A stretch of DNA of 33,940 nucleotides from an uncultured candidatus Brocadiaceae bacterium (GTDB lineage Bacteria; Planctomycetota; UBA1135; UBA2386), in contig CAYMRG010000002.1 in assembly GCA_964392555.1 (NCBI GenBank), positions 1 through 33,940 of the forward strand, in the 5' to 3' direction. Positions 16,956-25,110 of the stretch are shown here, one piece after another. How positions within the stretch are numbered: the first letter of the stretch is position 1; each line of letters begins with the position of its first letter. A model generated the notes under the pieces. The model was not told the DNA's origin and ran no database searches. It was given only the letters and a program-made list of their open reading frames with translations. The position numbers and the translations under genes were made by a program.

Positions 16956-19416
16956 CGCGCGCGGCGCCCTGCCCGCAGCCCTGCACCTGCAGCACGCCGG
17001 TGCGCCAGACGTCGAGCGGATCGCTGTCGCTGTTGGCGGCGGCGCGCGCACGGCGCAGCGACTCCGCCGGCGAGTCGCCCTGCGCCAGGGCGGCGAGCAG
17101 ATCGACCAGCAGCGTGCGCACCCGGTGCAGCGGCAGCGCGAACCGCGATTGGACGACCGCCGTGGCGCCGCCGAGCAGGAAGGCGCCGCCGAGATTGGCC
17201 GGGCTGTCGCCGCTGCGATCGGGGCCCTTGGCCAGCCGACAGCCGGCGAGCACGACGAGGTCGGCCAGCGGCAGACCCGCCCGATCGCGCGCTTCGGCGC
17301 GGGCACAGTCGAGCTCGCCGTCGACGAACTGCAGGAAGCTGCCGCGCTCGTTCGCGGCGTTGTAGCCGCCGTGGCCGACGAACACGCCGATCGTGCCGTG
17401 TGCGCGCGGTGCCGCGAGGCTGGCCAGCGTGCACGCCATGTCGACGAACTGCCGCCGATCCGCGAACCCGACGCCGACATCGTCCAGCCAAGCCGACAGT
17501 CGATCGGCCTCGGGAAGGGCGAGGACGGGCTGCGCACCGGGCGGCGCCAGACAGCCATAGAGGCGCAGCCGCGACGTCTGGTCGAAGTGCAGATCGCGCC
17601 GGCGCAGCGCGCTCCAGGCCGGCAGCGACGCGGCGTGGTCGAGCGCGAACCGCTGCCCCCACAGGCGGTCGTCCTCCCACGGCAGGCAATCGACCGGCAG
17701 GTAGTTGAGGTAGCCGGCATCGGCGCCGCCGGCGATCGGTCCGTGCAGCAGTTCGCCGCAGACCACCGTGAGCTGGTGCAGCGGCTCGAGGTCGGCGCGC
17801 AGCGCAGGCGGCACCAACAGGTCGGCGAGGGTCTGACCGCACTGTCGCAACCGCGCAGCGAGAGCCTTCGCCGCTTCGGCCGACCCGTCGATGCCCTCGG
17901 TCGCTTCGCGCAGCGCGTCGAGGAACGTCTGCACGGTCGCACGCATGCCCATGCCGCTGACGGCGAGCAGATGGTGGTGCAGGGCCCGCGCCGTGGCGAC
18001 GAACACGTGCGTGCCATGTCGCACCGGCAGGAACACGACGACGCCCTGGTCGGGCAGGAGCTGCGCCTGCAGATCGGCCAGGCTCGGCACGCTCGCGCCC
18101 AAGGCCCGCGCCAGCGAGCCGTGCACCTGGGCGCGCAGTACGCATTCGAACGCCTCGGCGACGGCCGCGGCGCGCCCCGCGGCCGTGTCCGGCGCCGCCG
18201 CCAGCGTCACGGCGATCGCCTGACCGATCACCTCGCGCCGTTCGAAGTAGTGCAGGAAGCCGACCCCGCCCGCCCGCACCGGCGTGCGGGCCCACGCCGT
18301 CAGCACCTCGTCGAGCGCGGCGAGCTGGGCGCCCTTCTGCGCCTGCAGGGCGGCCGGGGTGCGCGCCTCGGGTGCGGCTGCGTCGAGCAGGATCCGGGTC
18401 GCGAGCGTCGTCGCGTTCGGGTCCTCGGTGCCGTTGGTGCGCAGCGTCGCAAGCGCCTGACTCGCCGCGTCGATGCCCTCGCGTTCGGCCGCGAGTTCGA
18501 TCAGTCGGGTCTGCGCGAAGCGCGCCATCGCACCCGAACCGTGCCCGGCGCAGTCGCGCAACGTCGCCAGGAACGGCGGTGGCTCGGCATCGGCACCGCC
18601 GACCCACGACTCCGCCATCGCCAGGTAGAAGTCGCAGGCCGCCGGATCGAACCCGTTGGTCACGGCGAAGTCGCGTGCGGCCCTCGCCTCGACGACCGCC
18701 TTGGCGAAGTTCTCGAGACCGAGGTGACAGTCGACGCGGCACAGGTGGTAGCGCAGGACCGCGTCGCGCCAGATCCGCTCGAAGGCGTCCTTGGCGGCGC
18801 CGGCGAATGCGGGCGGCGCGCCGACCAGCTCGCGCGCGCGGCGCAGACGCGCCACGACCGCATCCGGATTGCCGAGGAACATCTCGAGCGTCGCCTTCGC
18901 GCACTCGAACTTCAGCGCGGCGATCGCCAGCATCGCGCGACCGTTGTCGCTTTCCTGCCAACCCTGCCAGCGCGGCGAACCGACGAGCTGCGCGAAGTAG
19001 TCGAGCGTCACATCGGCGGCCGCGAGGTCGTCGGCGAGCCGGTAGGCATCGGCGAGCGTGAACGCCAGGTCACAGATGCGCAGGCCGCAGCGGTCGCGCA
19101 GGTCCCACACCGGCTCAAGCACGGCGATGACGTCGCGGGGTCGATCGCCGCGGACCAGGGCCATGGCACCGTACTGCTGCGCCACCGCCGCGGCGAAGCC
19201 ACAGGCTTCGACCTCGCCATGCGGTTCGGCGGCGAAGCGCAGACAGGCATCGATGGCCACCTGCATCGCCTCGACGTTCGCGCGACTCGACAGCGCAATG
19301 ACGATGTCGCGTTGCGCGACCCAATCCGGTGCTGCGAGCGCACGGCTGCGAAGCTGGTCGAGCGAGAGCGCGGCCAACGCCGGGTCCGGCGCCTGCTGCG
19401 CGGGCAACGCCAGCAC
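16918..19416 (-). CDS. CHAT-domain (caspase-fold Cys protease) protein with an N-terminal TPR-like helical region
   Basis: The C-terminal region has the CHAT dyad context: IGVFVGHGGYN (His codon 17371-17373) and DLVVLAGCRLA (Cys codon 17239-17241). About 500 aa of helical repeats lie upstream. The start is ambiguous: GTG 19416 is the first start not overlapping the anti-sigma gene, while TTG 19515 would add a signal-peptide-like N-terminus. The track start 19581 is a TTG in a low-GC3 stretch. Confidence 0.8.
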   Translation of the reverse strand: MLALPAQQAPDPALAALSLDQLRSRALAAPDWVAQRDIVIALSSRANVEAMQVAIDACLRFAAEPHGEVEACGFAAAVAQQYGAMALVRGDRPRDVIAVLEPVWDLRDRCGLRICDLAFTLADAYRLADDLAAADVTLDYFAQLVGSPRWQGWQESDNGRAMLAIAALKFECAKATLEMFLGNPDAVVARLRRARELVGAPPAFAGAAKDAFERIWRDAVLRYHLCRVDCHLGLENFAKAVVEARAARDFAVTNGFDPAACDFYLAMAESWVGGADAEPPPFLATLRDCAGHGSGAMARFAQTRLIELAAEREGIDAASQALATLRTNGTEDPNATTLATRILLDAAAPEARTPAALQAQKGAQLAALDEVLTAWARTPVRAGGVGFLHYFERREVIGQAIAVTLAAAPDTAAGRAAAVAEAFECVLRAQVHGSLARALGASVPSLADLQAQLLPDQGVVVFLPVRHGTHVFVATARALHHHLLAVSGMGMRATVQTFLDALREATEGIDGSAEAAKALAARLRQCGQTLADLLVPPALRADLEPLHQLTVVCGELLHGPIAGGADAGYLNYLPVDCLPWEDDRLWGQRFALDHAASLPAWSALRRRDLHFDQTSRLRLYGCLAPPGAQPVLALPEADRLSAWLDDVGVGFADRRQFVDMACTLASLAAPRAHGTIGVFVGHGGYNAANERGSFLQFVDGELDCARAEARDRAGLPLADLVVLAGCRLAKGPDRSGDSPANLGGAFLLGGATAVVQSRFALPLHRVRTLLVDLLAALAQGDSPAESLRRARAAANSDSDPLDVWRTGVLQVQGCGQGAARATGSRSAGSTYR

Positions 19417-19424
19417 GGTGATCG

Positions 19425-20174
19425 CTAGCGCGACAGCGTGAACGAGACCGGTTCGCTGACCGTGCGTTCGCCCCCCGCCGGCGCGGCCGGACGGGTCTCG
19501 TAGTACCAGACCCAATGCACGGACTCGTCTCGCATGGTCTTCACGAGGGATGGCTCCGGCTGCCACTGGTTGGTCGCGCAAGGGAAACTCTGCTCGTCGA
19601 GCGGGTTCCCGTCAGCGTAGAGGTGGACGACGTAGCTGTCGCCCGGGCGACCCGGCCAGGTGAAGGGTCTGGTCAGGATCGCGTCGCCGACGTCGCCCGA
19701 CGGCCACGGCTTGTCCGCCTGGGTTCCCAGGGTCCGGTCCGCCGGGAGCGCAGGCCGTTCGCGCGGCGAGCGCCACAGCAGGAGCGTCAGCAGCGCCACG
19801 GCCGCCAGCGCGATCGCCGGCAGCAACCACCAGCGCCTCCCCGGCCGCGGCTGACCCGGCCGAGCTGGCCCCGACAACGTCGGACCCGACCGTGACGGTG
19901 CAGTCGGCGCCGCACCGCCCGGCAGGTTCGCGCGCACCAGCGAAGCGACCAGGTCCTCGCCGGCAGCGCCGCGCAACCGACTCGCCGACGCGAGCACCGC
20001 GCGTTGTTCGTCGCCCAGCCGCGACAGGTCGGCGGCGACCGCTCGCATCTCGAGCAGGCGAACGCGGCAGATCGGGCAGGCTTCGAGCTCGCGAGCCGCC
20101 GGATCCTGGGCCGGCTGGTCGCTCGTCCACAGAGCCTCGAGCAGACGTTCGTGTCTCGGATCTCGGCAGGTCAT
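19425..20174 (-). CDS. membrane anti-sigma factor (zf-HC2-like N-terminus, one TM, ~105-aa extracytoplasmic domain)
   Basis: The ATG at 20174 overlaps the sigma gene stop (ATGA). The N-terminus is MTCRDPRHERLLEAL...ELEACPICRVRL (Cys/His plus CxxC). The TM segment is WWLLPAIALAAVALLTLLLW. Position immediately after an ECF sigma gene supports the call. Confidence 0.75.
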   Translation of the reverse strand: MTCRDPRHERLLEALWTSDQPAQDPAARELEACPICRVRLLEMRAVAADLSRLGDEQRAVLASASRLRGAAGEDLVASLVRANLPGGAAPTAPSRSGPTLSGPARPGQPRPGRRWWLLPAIALAAVALLTLLLWRSPRERPALPADRTLGTQADKPWPSGDVGDAILTRPFTWPGRPGDSYVVHLYADGNPLDEQSFPCATNQWQPEPSLVKTMRDESVHWVWYYETRPAAPAGGERTVSEPVSFTLSR

Positions 20175-20878
20175 GCGTCTCCGTCCTCGCGTCGGCGAAA
20201 CGTCCGCAGGAGTTCGCAGAAGCGCAAAAATCCACGGTAGTAGCGCGTCTTGGCGGTGTTGACGGCCATGCCGCAGCGCGCGGCGATCTCGAGGAACGTC
20301 AGTCCCTCGATGTCCTTCAGTCGGATCAGCTCCGCCTCGACGCCGCCGAGTCGGTCGAGACCCCGCACCACTTCCTCGTGGGCGCTGGATCTCGTCGCAT
20401 CGTCCGGCGCCGGGACGACCGCGTCGTCGCCGAGCGGCGTCAGCAGCTGCGCGCGCCGGGAGCGGCGGCGGACCGCGTTCAGGTACTCGAACTCGCACAG
20501 GCGGTAGATCCAGCCTTCGAGCGGGCACCACGCCTCGAATTCGTGCAGCTTGCGCAGCGCGATCAGCAGCGTGTCGTGCGTCAGGTCGAGGATCTCCTCC
20601 TCGGCCAGCTGCAGGCCGCGCCGCCGGTTCAGGGCGTGGAGGATCCGCGGCACGCAGTGCATGCGCTCCTCGAACTTCACGCGCGCCTCCCGATCACCGC
20701 CCAGCACGGCGGCGAGGAACGCCAGCTCGGCGGCGCGATCGAAGGGTTCGGGGTCGGGCAGAGGCAGCGTGGACACGGCGCGGAACCGGGCCACCGGCTC
20801 GGTCGCCACACTGTAGCGAGGCCTCGGCCGGCGCCTGGATCCGTCTCGGGTGCAAGGGTCCGAACTGGGCATGGGCAT
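20171..20878 (-). CDS. ECF-type RNA polymerase sigma-70 family factor
   Basis: Region 2-like (AEEEILDLTHDTLLIAL...EGWIYRLCEFEYLNAVRRR) and region 4 HTH (EAELIRLKDIEGLTFLEIAARCGMAVNTAKTRYYRG). The start is uncertain. ATGs occur at 20878 and 20872, a GTG lies further in, and the ORF stays open to ATG 21079. Confidence 0.8.
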   Translation of the reverse strand: MPMPSSDPCTRDGSRRRPRPRYSVATEPVARFRAVSTLPLPDPEPFDRAAELAFLAAVLGGDREARVKFEERMHCVPRILHALNRRRGLQLAEEEILDLTHDTLLIALRKLHEFEAWCPLEGWIYRLCEFEYLNAVRRRSRRAQLLTPLGDDAVVPAPDDATRSSAHEEVVRGLDRLGGVEAELIRLKDIEGLTFLEIAARCGMAVNTAKTRYYRGFLRFCELLRTFRRREDGDA

Positions 20879-21150
20879 GACGCGCTGATGGCGTGTCTGC
20901 ACCGCGTCCGGGCCACCCCGGAGGTTGCAAAAATCCGCTCGGTCAGGGCCCGGCACCCGATCCGGCCCGAGCGGCGTGGCACGGGGGCCGAAGCAGTCCT
21001 CGGCGGCGATGCGGCCGCCGACCAGCCAGACGGTCCACGGAACGTAGGGAGTTGCATTGCGGGGTCCCGCGACGCGCATTCGGCGCGCCGCCCCGAAGCG
21101 TTCCGGGCCGCTGACCCGGCCTCAGAATTCCCGCCGCAGGCCTCGCGCCG

Positions 21151-21888
21151 TCACGCGCGCGCCGACGGATCGTCGTTGCGTCGCCGCCAGTCGTCGGGCC
21201 ACGACCGCTCGCGCAACTGCCGTTCGACGACGGCGAGGTAGGCGCGCAGCTGCTTGTCGGGCTCGTCGGCGAACGTGTCGAGCGCTTCGACCACCGTCAG
21301 CCGATCGGCGCGGAACGTGCGGAAGTCGCCGCGCAGTTCGCACCAGGCGCCGAGCGTCCAGACCATGCCCCAGAAGGTCAGGCACAGCGGCCGCAGCACG
21401 CGCTCGCTCGCTTCGCCGGTCGCGTCGACGTAGCGCACGCGCAACCGCTGCCGGCCGTCGACCGCAGCGCGCACCCGTTCGATCGTCGCGCGCACATCGG
21501 GGCAGATCGCCGCCGGCACGTTGAGCTCGGCCCGCGCGAAGCCCGCCGCGAGCCGCGGCGGCACCACCAGCTCGACCTTGGCGAGCAGGCTGCGGGCGCG
21601 CGCGGCGAGCCGTTCGTCGGCGAATGCCTGCACCATGCGCGCACCGAGCACCAGCGCGTCGATCTCGCCGGCGTCGAACATCAGCGGCGGCAGGTCGAAG
21701 CCGCGCTGCAGGCAGTAGCCGACGCCGGCCTCACCTTCGATCGGCACGCCGCTGCCGATCAGGTCCTGCACGTCGCGGTAGACGGTGCGCAGGGAGATCT
21801 CGAGCTCGTCGGCGATCGCGCGCGCCGTCAGCACGCGGTTGGTGCGCAGCAGCTGGACGATCTGGAACAGTCGGTCGGCGCGGCGCAT
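21151..21888 (-). CDS. YafY-family transcriptional regulator (HTH plus WYL domain)
   Basis: The ATG at 21888 gives the typical N-terminus MRRADRLFQIVQLLR. The WYL-domain stretch reads RLRVRYVDATGEASERVLRPLCLTFWGMVWTLGAWCELRGDFRTFRADRL. The track start 21903 is a TTG. Confidence 0.9.
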   Translation of the reverse strand: MRRADRLFQIVQLLRTNRVLTARAIADELEISLRTVYRDVQDLIGSGVPIEGEAGVGYCLQRGFDLPPLMFDAGEIDALVLGARMVQAFADERLAARARSLLAKVELVVPPRLAAGFARAELNVPAAICPDVRATIERVRAAVDGRQRLRVRYVDATGEASERVLRPLCLTFWGMVWTLGAWCELRGDFRTFRADRLTVVEALDTFADEPDKQLRAYLAVVERQLRERSWPDDWRRRNDDPSARA

Positions 21889-21921
21889 GGAACCAGCCGG
21901 CAACGGTAGCGAGCGGCGCGA

Positions 21922-22425
21922 TCAGCTCCACTCGGCGACGTCGGCGGTCGGCCCGTAGGTCGGCGGCACGATCGCGCCGCACAGCCGCAGGTAGACCTGC
22001 AGCTGGCCGCGGTGCTGGATGACGTGGTTCAGCAGCGTCGTCCGCATGACCTCGTCGCGGCGCCCCTTCATCAGCTCCTGGTCGCCTTTGCGGGCCGTCC
22101 ACGTGCCGCGCATCAGCCGATCGTCGAAACCGGCCAGCGCCTCGCGCGCCGCGGCCATGTGGCGATCGAGCCCGGCGAGCAGTTCGGCCGTGGTCTTGGC
22201 GGTGAACGGCTGGTAGTCGCCCATCGCCGCGAAGTCCATCGAGTCCTCGCGCCAGGCCGGGATCCACGACGGCGCGTCGACGATGTGGCCGGCCAGCTGG
22301 CCGAGCGTCCAGGACCTGGGATGCGGGCGGAAGTCGAACTTGCCGTCCGGGATGGCGGCGAGGGTCTTGCGGGTGAGCGCGGCTTCGCGCTCGAGATCGG
22401 CGAGCAGATCGCTGGCGATGGTCAT
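21922..22425 (-). CDS. DinB-family (DinB_2-like) four-helix-bundle protein
   Basis: MTIASDLLADLEREAALTRKTLAAIPDGKFDFRPHPRSWTLGQLAGHI, 167 aa. It ends 33 nt upstream of the preferred YafY start at 21888 (18 nt from the alternative TTG start at 21903). Confidence 0.8.
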   Translation of the reverse strand: MTIASDLLADLEREAALTRKTLAAIPDGKFDFRPHPRSWTLGQLAGHIVDAPSWIPAWREDSMDFAAMGDYQPFTAKTTAELLAGLDRHMAAAREALAGFDDRLMRGTWTARKGDQELMKGRRDEVMRTTLLNHVIQHRGQLQVYLRLCGAIVPPTYGPTADVAEWS

Positions 22426-22624
22426 GGTCGTCTCTTCGTTGGGTTGCGAGCGAGGGATCGTGGCGCCCCCCTGCTGTCAGCGTGGTGGCAGCAGCCTCGC
22501 GCGAATCGCTGCGGTGTTTTGCACCGCTGCGAACGGGCGATGCCAGCGGCCGATCGCCGTCGCCACCTCGGATCTGCCTGTGGACGTTGACCCGCGCGGC
22601 CGCGGCGACCGAAATCGTCTGCGC

Positions 22625-23995
<1,371 letters not shown>

Positions 23996-24006
23996 TCGCT
24001 ACCGGA

Positions 24007-24031
24007 GCGCGATCGGCGATCCGATCAGCGC
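24007..24031 (+). terminator. hairpin 12 nt after the amt stop
   Basis: gcgcgatcgg (24007-24016) pairs with ccgatc-a-gcgc (24021-24031) with one bulge and a 4-nt loop. A second small hairpin, cacaacc-aaa-ggttgtg, follows. There is no U-tract. Confidence 0.3.
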
Positions 24032-24115
24032 GTCCTGCGGCCACAACCAAAGGTTGTGCGGCGCTGCGCGCCGCCAGAAGAGGCCGCAGGGGCGCTGCGG
24101 TCTCCAGGGGCGACT

Positions 24116-24173
24116 ACTACTCCCGCTCGCCAACGGCGAATCCGCTCGCCAGGCGAGGAAACGCGGGAGTAGT
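24116..24173. other. 58-nt inverted-repeat element able to fold as a three-way junction
   Basis: A perfect 11-bp outer stem, actactcccgc (24116-24126) with gcgggagtagt (24163-24173), encloses two small hairpins. These are tcgcc-aac-ggcga (24127-24139) and ctcg-ccagg-cgag (24145-24157). The element ends 17 nt before ATG 24190. Confidence 0.3.
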
Positions 24174-24189
24174 CGATCAGCGATCCTTG

Positions 24190-24930
24190 ATGTACCACCG
24201 GCCGTCGACCAGCTTGAGCTTCAGCTCGCTCGGTCCCTCGCCACTCGTGTTTGCCCACGAGACCTGGTCACGCGCCTCGTTCCAGGTAGGCTCCCGCTTC
24301 GCCTACGTGACGTGGGACGCCGTCTTCGACTACGGCACCACCACGCCGGAGACGATGCAGTACCAGTTCGACCTCGCGACCGGCGTCGTGACGATGATCT
24401 GGCAGAGCATCACCGGCCAGGGCAACGACTACCTGGTCGGCTTCTCGCCGGGCGGCCCGTCGATCGACCCGGGCTCGACGGACCTCTCCGTCACCCTGCC
24501 GACCACGATCCTGCTCGGCGCGGACTACCAGGCGCTCACCCTGTCGGCCTCGCCGGTGGCGATCTCCACGGCGACCTCCGGTTCGACCGTCACCTACACC
24601 ACCGACAACATGCTGGCCTTCGCGCCGGGCGTCTACATCGGCATGAACATCCTCAGCATGTCGCAGATCCCGGCTCCGGGCGTCGACCTCGTGATCATCG
24701 GCGCGCCGGGTTGCGCGGCGCTGGTCGGCTCGATCGACCTGCCCCAGACGATGGTCGGCACCACCCCGACGCAGTCGGTCAGCCTGACGCTGCCGCCGGG
24801 CATCCCGGCCGGCACGACGATCTACTCGCAGTCGGTGTCGCTGTTCCAGCCGAACACCCTCCCGGGCGGTCTGAACAGCTTCGGCATGACCACCAGCAAC
24901 GGCATCGCCTCGGTCATCAGCACCCACTGA
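24190..24930 (+). CDS. 5'-truncated paralogue of the protease C-terminal surface module (possible gene remnant or pseudogene)
   Basis: The 246-aa ORF aligns by eye with residues ~791-1007 of the S8 protease: NDYLVGFSPGGPSIDPGST vs GNYLVGFSKANASDPGST, IIGAPGCAALVGSID vs FLGMPTCTLYESLD, and TTSNGIASVI vs LTSNGLRLQI. It has no signal peptide and no SD. GC3 is poor for the first ~30 codons and gene-like from ~24290 onward. Confidence 0.6.
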   Translation: MYHRPSTSLSFSSLGPSPLVFAHETWSRASFQVGSRFAYVTWDAVFDYGTTTPETMQYQFDLATGVVTMIWQSITGQGNDYLVGFSPGGPSIDPGSTDLSVTLPTTILLGADYQALTLSASPVAISTATSGSTVTYTTDNMLAFAPGVYIGMNILSMSQIPAPGVDLVIIGAPGCAALVGSIDLPQTMVGTTPTQSVSLTLPPGIPAGTTIYSQSVSLFQPNTLPGGLNSFGMTTSNGIASVISTH

Positions 24931-24973
24931 TCCGATTCGCCGATCGCGCGACCCACGGGTCGCGCCTGCCGAC

Positions 24974-25016
24974 GGGCCGCGCGCGGACACTCCGCGCGCG
25001 GCCCGCGGTCGTTTCT
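24974..25016 (+). terminator. strong GC hairpin followed by a U-containing tract
   Basis: A perfect 14-bp stem, gggccgcgcgcgga (24974-24987) with tccgcgcgcggccc (24991-25004) and loop cac, is followed by gcggtcgtttct. Flanking hairpins lie at 24946-24965 and 25018-25033. Confidence 0.5.
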
Positions 25017-25110
25017 GGGGCCGAAAACGGCCCGCTGCGCCCCGACGCCTGGAGCCGGCCCGCTGCCGCGACTACGCTGGCCCGCCCACGACGTCCCGCG
25101 GAGCCCAGCC

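Noticed and set aside
11102-17365. Giant 2087-aa plus-strand ORF. Similar long ORFs include 27938..31447(-), 15321..18017(-), 1877..3370(-), 5929..6888(-), 6665..8050(-), 7827..9470(-), 8384..10252(+), 17125..19428(+), 21731..23710(-), 25228..27324(-), 26541..28544(-) and 31539..33791(+).
   Set aside because: Their translations are Arg/Ala/Gly/Pro-dominated low-complexity strings typical of off-frame or antisense reading of GC-rich genes. Each one overlaps a gene with recognisable motifs and strong third-position G/C bias in another frame.
16918-19416. CHAT protein as a CRISPR type III-E Craspase-like (Csx29) or CBASS-type defence effector
   Set aside because: There are no cas genes, CRISPR repeats, cyclases or other defence genes in the window. 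The tight coupling is to an ECF sigma/anti-sigma pair instead.
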